This document shows positions 24,121 to 36,850 of a stretch of 64,000 bases of DNA, piece by piece. The notes under the pieces were generated by a model. It was not told the origin of the DNA. It saw nothing but the letters and a program-made list of their open reading frames with translations, and did not search any database. Positions within the stretch are counted from its first letter, which is position 1. The number at the start of each line of letters is the position of its first letter. The position numbers were made by a program, and so were the translations under genes. The stretch covers positions 11,897,052 to 11,961,051 of the forward strand of contig NC_083409.1 of the NCBI RefSeq assembly GCF_020745735.1, in the 5' to 3' direction. This stretch comes from Hemiscyllium ocellatum. Its lineage: Eukaryota.

Positions 24121-27100
24121 TGAATAGATTTGTCTCGTCATTTGTTTCCTGTCTGTGGGACTCACCATCTTGTCCGTGAAAGTGACTGCACTGTGCTCAC
24201 AGCTTTCAATATCCTGAGATGATTAAAAAAACTGCACCAGCAAGAGTTCTCTCTCCATTATCATGTAAAAGGGGAGCAATGAGCAAGTGATAATACACAC
24301 TGAGCGCAAACACTGAAGCTTCAGCTGAAAGGCTTTTTGCACCATGTTAACCTGCTCCCTGGGCATTTCCTTCCAATGTCCGAGATGGTTATCAGGCTGG
24401 GATGGAGACTGACAGATCACATGGAATCCTTCAGACAAGGTACCCAAGGGCACAGTCCAGGCTTGCTGCAAACATTGGCCTTCCTTCCATTGAAGGGCTG
24501 GGAGTTTGTCAATAGCGGTTTCCAGAGCACATCCTCCCTGGAAATATCACAGACTTTACTGAAATGGAATGAACTGAAAGAAGAGAAGGAAATGGGAAGA
24601 ATTAACCAGACAAGGGTGAGCATCAAGAGAGGTGGGAGCGTGTGGGAGATTCAATGCCATTAAAGAAATCCCAACTGGGTTTCACAAGAAAAGCTCAAAT
24701 CGTTACCAGGAGAAAACAAGGAGAATCCTCACTGACATAAACAGGCTGAGAGTCAGAGACCCTGAGCCTCCGGTGCCTGACTCTCTCTGAGGCATTACAG
24801 TCAAGGACTGTTCATGTGTCAATGAAGGGAGACTTGGTGACATGGGGTTATATTATAATCAATGATCGGAGGGGTACAGATTAAAGATAAATGGCCAAAG
24901 GTTAAGAGGGAACATAAGGAAAACGTTTTGACCCGGAGGGTGGTGGCAGTCTGGGACTCACTCCCTGTAAGGGTGGTTGAGGCAGAAGCTCTCCCATAAC
25001 ATTGACGTATTTTGATGTGCAGCTGTGATGCCAAGGTATACAGGGCTACGGGCCAAGTGCTGGAACATGGAATTAGAATAGTGAGGTGGTTGTTTTGACT
25101 GGCTTTGGCTCATTGGGCCGAAGGGCCTTGTTCTTGTAGACCTGTTGTAGATGTCTGACTCTGCCAGGACTCCAGCAATGTGGCTGACCCTTACCTGCCA
25201 TTTGAAAGGCCGAGCAAGCTACTCAGTTTCAGGGCAGTTAGGGATGGAGAACAAATGCTGGTCTTGCCAGTGACACCCACATCCCAGAAAAGAATAGATG
25301 GCCTCAGTGATAACACCGTCACCTGAACCTGCAGGTTTCAAGCCCCACTCCAGACACTGGAGCACTATCCTGAGGCTGGCAAAGGCAAAGACGCCATCTG
25401 CTGGATGATCGGTTAAACCACTGCCCTCTCAGGTCGATGTGAATATAAGGGCTTTGTGACCATCTCAGGGAAAATCTCCCCAGTGTGCTGGCCAATGCTT
25501 CTCTTATAACCAATGGCATTAAAACAGATACATAAACAAAATACTGCAAATCTCAAATAGAAGCTCGATGCTGGAGAAAGGGAACAGGTGCAGCCTCTGT
25601 GGGGAGAGGAGGAGTTAATTTTTTGTTTTATCAAAAAGGCAGCACATTTTTATTTTATTTTATTTTATGTTGTCTTACATTATTTTATTTAAATCTCGTT
25701 GAAAAAAAATTAGCCTGCTTGATTGGTACCACATCCACACACATCCATCCCCTCCACACCGACGCTCAGTAACGGCTCTGTGTATTATTTACAAAATGCA
25801 CTGCAGAGATTCACCAAAAATCCTGAGACAACATCTTCCAAAGTCATGATTACTTAAATCAAGGACAAAGGCAGCAGATACAATGGGAACATCACCCCAG
25901 CAAGTTCCCCTCCAAGCCATTCACTAGATTGACTTGGAATTATAACACTGTTCCTACATTGTCACTGGGTCAGAATCCTGGAATTCCCTTCCTAAATGCA
26001 TTGTGGATCTACCTACAGCACACAGACTGCAGGGGTTCAAGAAGGCAGCTAATCACCGCCTTGTCCAGGGCAATTAGACATGGACAGTAAAAAGGCTGGG
26101 AAAAGTAAGAGTAGGCGTGCTTAAGGACCAGAAAGTGAGACTGTGATGTTTCAGTTTTTCCTGAACATTGGTGTGACCACATCTCAAATACTGAGGGTAG
26201 TTTGGTCTCCTTATTGAAGGAAGAATATAAATGCATTGGAGGTGTTTCAGAGGAGTTTTACTCAATTGATCCCTGGAATGAGTGGGCTGTGTGATGAGGA
26301 AAGGTTGGAAAGACTGGCCTTGTTCTCAGTGGAGTTTAGAAGAGTGAAGGGTTTTCCTGTCCCATAGTATTCTCCAACTCCCTATCTGCCTCCCTCATGG
26401 GTCATCCCTTATTGAACTGTGCTGTCCTGAGGCCTATAACTTCCTTCTGGAACAAAGTCTCCAGGTATCTCCGCCCCTCCCGAATGTATCATTTTTTTCA
26501 ACTCAGCCTCCAAGTGGGAGTTCCGGTAGTTTTATACATTCACTACACATGTATTTACGCTGAATCATTTCAATTAAATAAATATATTGAGCTCACTTAC
26601 AAATGAAAAATATCCATTCCTTCATTGGACCAGTAATTGTCTTCAATCTCTGTTTTGAAGTTTCAGTACTTTCAATTTATAAACCTTCCCTAATGGACAT
26701 GTCCTGAAGCAATCTATTTAGACAGTCCCTCATACTGAACAATTCCCAGCTGATCTGCTTACCAGACTCCTATTCTCTTGTTTATCATTTTATTTCATTC
26801 AAACCAAGTGCATGTGCAGGCTCCCAGCAGCTGAAGTGACAGTTCCAAATCCGTTTGGAAAAGCAAAGGTAGGCTCCGTCCCCGAATTCTCCGAACTTCC
26901 ACACTGACCAAACTTCCCAGCATTCCCCTCTGTGTTGGCTGCACTCAGTGCTAGCTGCAGTATTAAGGCTGCCCTGTATTTATACTGTTTCTGATTTATA
27001 TCACTCCATTCTGTTGTGCTGTTGTTCAGGATCTGGGTTAAGCTCACTAATTTCTCAGTGGAGAGCTTCCTTTCTTCAGCCTGAGAGAGACATTACATGT

Positions 27101-27225
27101 GCAACCAGCAAATGGGACTTCAATGTTGGAATCTGTTTTCAGGATTGATGGGCTCGATGGTTTGATTCAATGAGATGAGATATGAAGTACCTGTGACTCT
27201 TGTTGCAATCCAACCTTCTCTGTCT

Positions 27226-27272
27226 AACCTCTTCAGGAGTCGACATTTCAGGTGTAACCCTTCTTCAGGACT
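27226..27272 (-). ncRNA. Minimal type I hammerhead-ribozyme motif in a PLE remnant
   Basis: Minus strand: AGUC-CUGAAGA-A-GGGU-UAC-ACCU-GAAA-U-GUC-GACU, with a 4-bp stem I. A second truncated CUGAAGA follows. Confidence 0.6.
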
Positions 27273-27371
27273 CAGGGTGGGTGTTGGGGGAGCTGTGTGG
27301 TGAGGTGGGGATAGGTTGAGAAAGGTAGAGAGTATGACCTGATTGGTTGATGGGAGAGATGAATCTGGATG

Positions 27372-29607
27372 GCGTTATCGCGAATAATATGAAATTGAGT
27401 AATTTTGGTGTGGGGAGGGGCAGCTGACAGGGATGTTCCCTGTTGCCCCTACTGTTTACCTTGGTACTTGAACCACTGGCAGGGACTGTCTGAAAAGACC
27501 CTGAAATAACGGCACCGAAGGTGGGAGTTGGGGAAACAAAAATCACTCTCTACACGGACAATGTCCTCTTGTTTTTAGCTAACTCTGAAATGTCCATACC
27601 CTGGCTAATAAAAAAAAAAATTATTCGTCAACCTTTCAGGATACAGAATAAATTTTCCAAAATCGGAAGTCCTGCCTGTGGGAGATTGGTGCAGGTACTG
27701 AAACTGGAGGACGGAATGGAGTTTCCTTTTAGATGGTCACAGAAAGGTTTTCCCTATCTGGGAATTTTTATTACCCCTCACTTCCCGCAACTGTATGGAG
27801 CTAACCTTGTGTCGCTGTTTGAGAGGGTAAAGCAGGACTTGCAGCGATGGGAGGGAATACCCAGATCATGGCTCGGCCGTATAGCCTTGATTAAAGTGAA
27901 TGTTGTTCCTTGGTGGTTCTATCCTGTGAGGATGCTCCCTTTGTTATTACCCAACCAGGTGCTGCGGAGGTTTGTGGGATGGCTTGGATCATTTATTTTG
28001 CGCTGTCGGTGCAATTTAATTAAATTTACCAAATTGCAACTTCCGCAGGATATGGAGGGTGGGCGGTGGACCTCCCAGATCTGAAGAGTATCAAAGCAGC
28101 ACCCTGTTGCTATATGTAGGTGAATGGGTGCGTAATGACTCAAAGTCGATGTGGCTTGATGCAGAGGCCTCGCAGGTGAGATGTCCCTTTAGAAACTTAC
28201 TGTTCATGGATAAGATGAGATCGGTAGGTGCGCATTGTGAAAGTCTGATTATCATAAATACAGTAAAGCATGGAGGATAATGCGGCAGGGTGGAGGCTAT
28301 TTGTAGTTCACCCCGTTAGTGGGAGCCCCAGGATTTAGACTGGGATCAAAGGACTCCAGCTTCAGAGCATGGGAGCGTAATCGAATCCCCTGTCTGGGAG
28401 ATTTATTTGACGGAGGGGTCTTGATGTTTTTTCGCCAATTAGGTCAGAAATATGGAATCCCTAATTGGGATCTTTTCCGATATTTCCAGGTTAGGGATTA
28501 CATACAGAAGAAGACTACGTTCTTGACCCAGCCCAACAAGTCGGATATAGAATGAAGAGTGCTCCGATGAGGGGGCACTCTTTCAGTTAGTACCTCATAT
28601 CATCTGCAGAGAGGGAATGCCTTGGGGGAATTGGAGAGAGTCAGGGAGATTTGGAATCAGGAGTTAAGGGAAGAAATCTCATCAGAAATGTAGGAGGATT
28701 AATGAGGGAATGTAAAGAAAATTTCAATCTACAATAAGGCACAAGCAATGCAATTGAAGATCCTCCCCAGGACCCAAATGGAGCCAGAGAGGTTAGCAAA
28801 GTTTAAGAAAGGGTCTTCCCCGAAATGTCCCAAATGTAAAAACAGTATTGACATCCTTACACATTGCTTTTGGTCCTGTTACAAGATCCTTGAATCCTGG
28901 GGGGGCCATAGTGAATGAGCTGGAGACAATCCTGGGAATGGAAGTTTGGGAGGATCTGGTGTCCCTCCTTTTGGGAACGACCGAAACTTCCCTCTTTGGG
29001 TGAGCACGGGAAGAGGTTATTCAACATTCTTACACATTGTGTGAGGAAGGACATCCTAATGAATTGAATATCAGCAAAGCCTCCAGGTCTTTCAGGGTGG
29101 CACAGACTTGTGATGGAGCACGTCCCTCAAGATTACCTGACAGTATGGGGCACCACGGAATGGAGCAATTTTATAAGACATGGCGGCCCTTTCTAATTTA
29201 CATCAACATGGATCTGTCGGCAGTACTGATTAGGGCCTTTATAGAGGCACGAGGGCTGTATGTGGTGGTCCGGGGATGACAGGGATGGGGGGTGGGGGGG
29301 GTGGGTGGGGGGGGTGGGGGGGGGGGGGTGGTCTCATAAATACGGGTATAATCACTGTTGTTCCTGTGGACAGGAGCTTTGATGGAGAGTGCGGCGAGTG
29401 GAGTCATGTAATATAGTACAAGTAGTGCAATTTAATTTTAATGGATTGTACTTAAATTTAGTGTTATTTTATTTAATTTGAGTTTGTGCTGATTTGTTTT
29501 AAGTTAAGCAAAATATGAGACAACTGTATCTTGAACAGTAGCCGGCGGTTTATTCACATTACTGTATTATAATATAATATTTTTTCAATAAATATTTACT
29601 AAAAAAA
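27372..29607 (+). mobile_element. 5'-truncated L1-clade LINE, decayed ORF2 and 3' UTR
   Basis: RT motifs GRG..QGCSLLPLLF, KITLYTDNVLLFL, FPYLGIFI and WLGRIALIKVN; C-terminal CPKC-x7-HCFWSC (28826-28879); G-rich tract 29282-29331; AATAAA 29587; A7 tail. Confidence 0.88.
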
Positions 29608-29700
29608 GAGGAACATTCGAGAAAATTAACAGACAGAAGCACCATGCAATAGAAATGATCAGGAGTGGTGAGAAAGGAGGGAGAAAAAGAGATTCCTGTA

Positions 29701-29705
<5 letters not shown>

Positions 29706-29737
<32 letters not shown>

Positions 29738-29800
29738 AAAAGAGAATGAGTTCTGAAGGGGAGAGAGAGAGAGTTCTGAATGAGAGAGAGAGAGAGAGAG
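29706..29800. repeat. (GA)n microsatellite blocks
   Basis: Pure GA run 29706-29736, then two shorter runs separated by gttctgaa. Confidence 0.95.
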
Positions 29801-30470
29801 TTCAGAAGAAGTTCTGAATTAGTGCAAGTGATCTCAAAAGCTGCTCAAAGTTTTCAACGTTTTCCTGAAAATCACAAATACAGTCCATTTACATGAATAA
29901 AAATCAATTGTCCTTTCTGAAATAATTTAAAACCAAAAAATAAAATCAAGACTTATAATGAAGTAAGTGCAAGTATTTAAAATCCTCAATACTTCTGCCT
30001 TCCACTTCAGTCATGCAGATATAGTCCTCCTCACTCAGAGGGAGTATTCAGTGTCTGGTATCAGCCATTGTTCAGAGTCTCAGAGCTAACATACACCAAA
30101 CACATATCATCGCACCACTAGATATACTTTTTAAAAAGGTAAACGTAGGTGTAAATACAAAACAAAATTAAATGTGCAATCTTCTTTGAATTCAAGTCCA
30201 TGCTACAGTTTGGATAAATAAATGGGATCGGGTTGTATATAAATAGGTCAGGAGAAAGGTTGGCACTTTTGGTATCCACATCCTGCCAGTCGGCTGACTC
30301 CAGTAAGGATCGATATCCCAAACCACCTACTTATTGAGGAAATTCTATGCCAGATGTCAAAACTCAATCAGAGAGAGGAGTTTAGAGGCCGAGGTGGATT
30401 CTCTTCTGCTCGGGGCATGAGGTTTGGTTTTCTTCTGGAGTCCACAAGTTGGCCGATGGCATGGCCCATG

Positions 30471-30635
30471 TTAGGATAACATGAGTTTTAACTGTTGCCC
30501 CTGAATCTGATTCAGTACATTTATTGTGTCTTTTATCAGAACTTCAAAAATATAATCTGCCAACTGCATCTTCACACAAAGCTCATCCTCATCATAATTC
30601 ACCCATTGGGCTTCCTCCTCATAAAGCTCTTGAAC
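30471..30635 (-). CDS. CEP350: CEP350-like terminal coding exon
   Basis: VQELYEEEAQWVNYDEDELCVKMQLADYIFEVLIKDTINVLNQIQGQQLKLMLS*; acceptor ttttctggcag; matches the recalled CEP350 C-terminal (DUF4378) end. Confidence 0.92.
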   Translation of the reverse strand, partial: VQELYEEEAQWVNYDEDELCVKMQLADYIFEVLIKDTINVLNQIQGQQLKLMLS

Positions 30636-32825
30636 CTGCCAGAAAAAACAGAGGGGGTGTTATTGTTTTTATATCAAGATTTATTTGATACAGCTCTTTC
30701 CTCTCGTACTGAGCAGCGTTTGCCCTGAAATCACTCAGACTGCAGGCCTCCCACTTTCCTTGTGTCCAGTATCACACAAGTGGCCATTCCCACACAGCAA
30801 GTGGAGCTTGGACAGGAGTTCTGGAGGGCTCGCTGCGAGATCAATGGAGAGTCACTAGTTATTCTTGTACAAAACAATACCAAGTCTGAGAAGGTTAAGG
30901 ACTGGCTACATAAATTAGGTCTGACCTGAATATTTCCAGCATTTTTTACTTTTATTTGATAAACGAGGCCTGCATTCTCTTGAGTAAAGATGACTAGGGG
31001 ATGGATCTATAGAAGTGACTGAGATGATTAAACGATTTGACAGCGAAGGAAGTGAGAAACTAGTTCCTTTAGCGAGGCATGCCAGAAATAGGGCATGCAG
31101 GAAAATAAGACTTAGGTTGATTAGGGGGATGATGTGAAGAAGCCTTTTGTCACACAAACAATACTAAAATAATCTGGTTCCTTCCAGCCTTAAAAACTAT
31201 TGTGACTGTTACAGCATTTCAATACGAGTGTTGACAGATATTTGTAAGGTCAAATAACAGTTCGGAAAAATTAGGAGATCAATATACAGAGGTAGATACA
31301 AATCAGCTATGATTAGGAGTACGAGAACAGACTGAAGGGAGCTGCTGGCTTAATCCTGTTCCTACCTGGTTTTGAATTTGATTCCAATGCCACAACTCCT
31401 CAAACCAGTGAGATCAATCACCAATATTGCCAGTAACATAATAAACGAGTGGAGATGTTTTACTCAGTATGCACAACCAGAAAGGAATACCCACCACAAG
31501 GAAAGAGCTGGTGAGTGTAACTGAATTACACGTTTTAACTTTAGGCTGGCCCTCTGCCCTGGTGTAGCTGTGGCCTGACGGTATCACTACTTGAGCTGGT
31601 GCAGAGCAGAGACTTCCAACCCTTGCCTAATGGACGCACACTATCAGCTGGAAATGTTTGATCCAAAGAGGGAAAAAAAGCAATGATTTGAAATTTTTGG
31701 CATACCAAGCACCCAATTTTTTAAAACTTCAGTGTTGGGATGCATGTTGCCACCCCCCCCCCACCCCACCATCACCATTTCTCTTTGGAAAGATATTTAT
31801 CTTGAAGTGCTACAGCCTGCGTGTTGAAGGTACTCCCACAGCACTGCAAGCTCAGGGATTCCAGGAGATTAACCATGTAAATATAAAAGGAAAGGTGATA
31901 TCTGACCAAGTCAAGGTGGTGGTGTGGCCTGAAGATAACGGTGTTCTTACAGACCTGTTAAACTCATCAATCTGCTGACACATGTTGTGCTGTGACACAC
32001 CAACACATGGGGAGGACTGGAAAGGTCTGCAAAAACTGTCTTCTAATTTTTCTATACTTTTGATTTTGGACTCAAATGGGGATAAAGCAATTTTAAAACC
32101 CAAGGATTGTTCAGGGATTGCTGGCACTTTTCAGTAGCAAGTTCCCTGACACACACTAAGTGCTACTCACTTTCAAACAAGCTCCAGCCAAGGGTTGTGT
32201 TCAATGGGAGCTTCAGTCAATAGTAAGTAGCTAACTAGTCACTAGGCCACAGACAAATATCCTTCGGACAAAAACGGAGATTGGCTCCCAGGTAACTGAT
32301 CAGCCGAGGCTGTATACAAGTGAATTGAGAAATCACCAGATCTCCACAAGTTGAGGATCTGTCTCCGCAGTGAAAAGTCTGAAGAAAACCAGCTTCTTTT
32401 CCCTTCAGCACTTGCTGTAAGCTGTGGCTATTAATTGATAAGTTACAGACTTGTACACGTGTGAACTAGTCACCCTGTGCCTCCTGAAAACAAATGGAAG
32501 CATCTGGAGAAGGAAGATCAAGGAACAGCATTCTGATCAGCACAAGGATTATCTCAAGAAAAGCGATCAATAGGTACCATGGAAGTACGTTCCCAGTCTT
32601 TCTCTTTATGCAAAACACCCAGTGCACTTTGTCCCTGTTTTTCTATCTGTGTATGTGTAATGAGGAATGCATTTGGGAGGGGTTGTTAGTTTTAGTTAGT
32701 AGTTATATGCCAGTGGTTGGTAATTATTTGCATTTTTTGTAACAAACTGTAACTCTTGTTAAGCAAAGAACCCTGACCTGTACTTTCTGTAAAACTGGGT
32801 CTAAAAGACAGGTAAGTGAGGAACT

Positions 32826-33008
32826 AAAAGAGAAAATGCTGGACAACCTCAGCAGGTCTGGCAGCATCTGTAAGGAGAGAAAAGAGCTGACATTTCGAGT
32901 CTAACTGACTCTTTTCTCTCCTTACAGATGCTGCCAGACCTACTGAGATTTTCCAGCATTTTCTCTTCTGGTTTCAGATTCCTGCATCTGCAGTAATTTG
33001 CTTTCATT
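32826..33008. mobile_element. Palindromic Penelope-like element with TSD
   Basis: 58-bp arms 32829-32886 / 32909-32966 (55/58 complementary). Flanking aggtaagtgaggaact / aggtgagtgaggaatt. Confidence 0.8.
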
Positions 33009-33287
33009 AGGTGAGTGAGGAATTCAATGTACTTCTGAATTTCTTTGAAACTTTTGTGGCAACTAATGAATTTCAGCAAATTACTCCAGTGAGGGCCAAG
33101 TTTTCAATTCAGTCAGAAAGTTGAAGCATTTTCTGGACAAATGCAGGATAGCCAGACAGGTCAGCCAAAGACAGATAAAGCCTTTGTCATTTAAAATAAT
33201 AGAAAATTCAGATGTACAATGAGGTTTCGTAATTGTGATACAATGGTACAATATAAAACTGAACAGTTCCTAAACTGAAGCACCTAC

Positions 33288-33410
33288 CAAAATATGGTCC
33301 ACCCGATCACGTTGTTTGGTGCCAAATTTCTTCAACTTCTGCCAAGTCGTCTTCTGATGTTGCTCTTCATTCAACCCAAATAACTTCAAAACTTCATTAG
33401 AAATGAAGAT
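33288..33410 (-). CDS. CEP350: CEP350-like exon
   Basis: IFISNEVLKLFGLNEEQHQKTTWQKLKKFGTKQRDRVDHIL; AG/GT, phase 0-0. Confidence 0.9.
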
Positions 33411-34559
33411 CTGTGGGTAGAAGCACAGGAGAAATGGCAGCTGTTGCACACACCCTAAATACACAGACAAACCCACTCCCAATCCATTATTCTTCCCTAA
33501 AACTGCTCAACGAAGACTTTGATGCTTCGACCTTCTGATTCTTCCCCCATTCAGAATTATGTAAAATTGGATGGAACTCAAAGCATGTTCAATGAAACAA
33601 AAATCTGCTAAATGCTTTAAAACTTAATTATAACTGAAATGAATAACATTAGTGAGATCCAAAAGCACAGACAATACAACTTTAAGGTAACATGCGATGC
33701 TCCCAAATTGAAAGAAGGTTTGAAATGTTCCTTTGCCTAAGAACTCGGCTGAGAAATGATGAATTATTCACTGCATTACATGGTTCAGCACTTTGCCTAC
33801 AGCATCTTCGAAGAAGCCTCTGCTTCGTCAAATTCCAAAAATGTTCTGCCTTTAATCGACTGTAGGCAGCCAACTGAAGATCAGCGCTGTGGGAAGTCTC
33901 ACAATAAATATTGGGGCTGACATGGATTCATACAGCGCTCCCAGCATTTCAGGATGGTCAAATCATTCTCAATTTAACAGATGAGTGCTTCAAAGCTATA
34001 TGACCTAGCCACTGACCACTGCCTCACATGGCTCCAGGCAGGAAGATTTTGATAGGTTTCTCGGCTAACACCATCAAAGGCAAGTAACATGCACAGAAAT
34101 GTTGGTGTGTGAAACAGTTCAGACTGAAGATACATTTGAGTCGAGTTATAAAGACAAAGCAAAGGAAATGAACAGTTCCAAATTTGCTGTGTGGATGAAA
34201 AGCTGATTTACACATGCCCATTCTCAGTCCCTGGCAAAGTGCAACACTTCACAAACTGTGCACAAAGGGAAGTCAGACAATGAGTAGGTTGATGTCGACT
34301 TTAGACTGTGGTAAAAAGTTCACATTGCAGTGTTGCAAGTCTGCGCTACTGGAAGGAGTCATCCAGTGTACACTTCAATGTCAGTGCCACAAGAAAAGAG
34401 AAGTTGCATTGTTGGAATTGTAAAGAACTTGGTCTTCGTGCTGGACAATACTTTGTAACCAATGCTCAAGTCACCCACCTTAACCTCAAACTGTCAAAAA
34501 CAGCATATCACTTATCTCACTTGTACCATGTTGTTCCCAACCTTTGAAGTACAGCCACT

Positions 34560-34866
34560 ATTATAATATCATCAAAAGCTGCAACAAACTTTCACACAGC
34601 AAGTTCCCACAAATTAGAGAAATGGTTCAGTAAACGTTTAGCCATAATGACGCATGATTAACCAGGTCCATGAGGGAGAACTTCACTCCTCTTCAAAGTA
34701 GCACTAAAAATCTTTTTTTAAAAAACTCACCCAAGGGGGAAAATGGGGCCTCACTTTGAAAACAATACTTCAGTACTGCACCAGGACTGTCATCCAGGAC
34801 TTCACTTCAGCGTTTGCTTAATCCCCTCTGCTGACTGAGGAAGAGTGCCACTGAGCCATAGCTAAC
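34560..34866 (-). mobile_element. DeuSINE (SacSINE1-like) relic
   Basis: Minus-strand head gttagctatggctcagtggcactc...cagtactga. Related pieces lie at about 5640-5805, 6520-6690, 17445-17570 and 25300-25530. Confidence 0.55.
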
Positions 34867-35119
34867 ACTCAGAGCTATTACATTGTGTCTCCAGTTTGGA
34901 GTAAAATGAGCTTCCTCGAGGATCAAAATAAAATGGGTATCCTCAGTTCCTGACCTTACTTCCATCATAAGGTCAGAAGTGCGGATGGTTGCACAATATT
35001 CAGTACCATTCATAGACTGTTTCAATATCTGAGGAGTTATGTTCAAAGGCAACAAGATCTGGACAATATGTAGGTTTGGACTGGCAAGAGGCAAATAATA
35101 TTCGGACCAAAACTGCCAG

Positions 35120-36150
35120 TCAATGACCATTCCCAGTAGGAGGCCTGTGACCAGTGGTGTGCCACAAGGATCGGTGCTGGGTTCATTGCATTTCGTCAAT
35201 TACATAAATGATTTGGATGTGAACATGGAACATAGTATGGTTAGTAATTTTGCAGATAACACCAAAATTGAAGGTGCAGTGGACAGTGAAGAAGGTTCAG
35301 AATACAACAGGATCTTGTTCAGATGGGCTGAGGAGTGGCAGATGAAGTTTAGTTTACATAAATGTGAGGTGCTGCATTTTGGAAAGGCAAATAAGGGCAG
35401 GACTTATACACTCAATGGTAAAGTCCTGGGGAGTGTTGCTGAGCAAAGAGACCTTGGAGTGCAGGTTCATAGTTCCTTGAAAGTGGAGTCACAAGTAAAC
35501 AGGATAGTGAAGGTGGTGTTTGGTATGTTTGCCTTTATTGGTCAGAGCATTGAGTACAGGAGTTGGGAGGTCATGTTGCAGCTGAATAAGACACTGATCA
35601 GGCCTCTTTTAGAATATTCTGTGCAATTCTGGACTCCCTGCTCTTGGAAGGATGTTGTGAATCTTGAAAGGGTTATGCAAAGATTTACAAGGGTGTTGCC
35701 TGGGTGGGGGGGTTCTGGTATAGGAAGAGAATGAATTGGTTGGGGTTACATTCCCTGGAGCACCAGAGGCTGAGAGGCGGCTGTGAAAAGATTTATAAAA
35801 TTATGAGTGGTATGGACAGGGTAAATAGACAAGTCTTTTCCCTGGTGAAGGCAATTCCAAAAATAGAGGGCAGAGGTGAGAGGGAAACATTTAAAAGGTA
35901 CGTAACAGGTAACTGTTTCATGCAGGGGGTGGTGTGTACATGGAATGGGTTGCCAGAGGAAGTGGAGGCAGCTGGCATAATGGCGATATTTAAAAGGCAT
36001 CTGGTGGTGTATATGAATAGGAAGGGTTAAAGAGGAAATGGACCAAATGCTGGCAAATGGGACTCGATTTTATCTCGGATAACTGGTCTGTATGGACAAG
36101 TTGAACCGAAGGGTCTGTTTCTGAGCTGTCCATCTCTACGACTCTAAGAG
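35120..36150 (+). mobile_element. HER1/CR1 LINE 3' 1 kb
   Basis: ORF 35123-35734 (GVPQGSVLGSLHFVNYINDL...FADNTKI) frameshifts into 35704-36030; HER1 tail. Confidence 0.9.
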
Positions 36151-36189
36151 ACAATTTAACCAATGGCCCTTGACATTCAATGGTATTAC

Positions 36190-36850
36190 CATCACTGAAT
36201 CTTCCACAATGAACATCATGGGGGTTATCATGGACCAGAAACTCATTTGGACTCATTATATAAATACTTTGGGCTACAAGGGCAGGTCAGAGGCTTGGAA
36301 TACTGGGGTGTATAACTCACTTCCTAATTCCCCATAGCAAATCCACCGAGTACAAAGCACAAGTCAGGAGTCTGATGGAATACGCCCCACTTGCCTGAAT
36401 GAGTGCAGCTCCAGTAACACACAAAAAGCTCGCCACATCCAAGGCAAAGGAGCCCACTTGATTGGCACCACATCCGCAAGCAGCCATGCCCTCCACCACA
36501 CTCCACTCAGTAGCAGCAGTGTGTACAATCTACAAGATGCATTGCAGAAATTCAGAGATCTTTAGCCAGATCCTCCCAAATCTGTGACCATTTAGATCAA
36601 GAAGGACAAGAGCAGCAGACCGCCACCTGCAAGTTCCCCTCCAAGCCACTCATCATTCTGACTTCGAAAAATATAATTGTTTCTTCAGGATTGCTGTATC
36701 AAATTCTGGGAATTCCCTCCTGAAGGGCATTGTGGGTCTACCTACAGCTCATGGACGGCAGTGGTTACAAAAGATAGCTTACCAGGTTCTCAAAAGCAAC
36801 TAGGATCGGTCAATAAATGCTGGCCAGCCGGCGATGCCCAGACCCTCTGA
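36190..36850 (+). mobile_element. LINE 3' end of a second family (partner of the second SINE family)
   Basis: Homologous blocks at 25740-26085, 53000-53520 and 57560-58205. Ends in the caataaatgctggcc tail shared with the SINE at 7585-7940. Confidence 0.7.

Noticed and set aside
24223-24640. Exon-like minus-strand ORFs after a polypyrimidine tract
   Set aside because: Several frames are equally plausible, none recognisable, and there are no partner exons.
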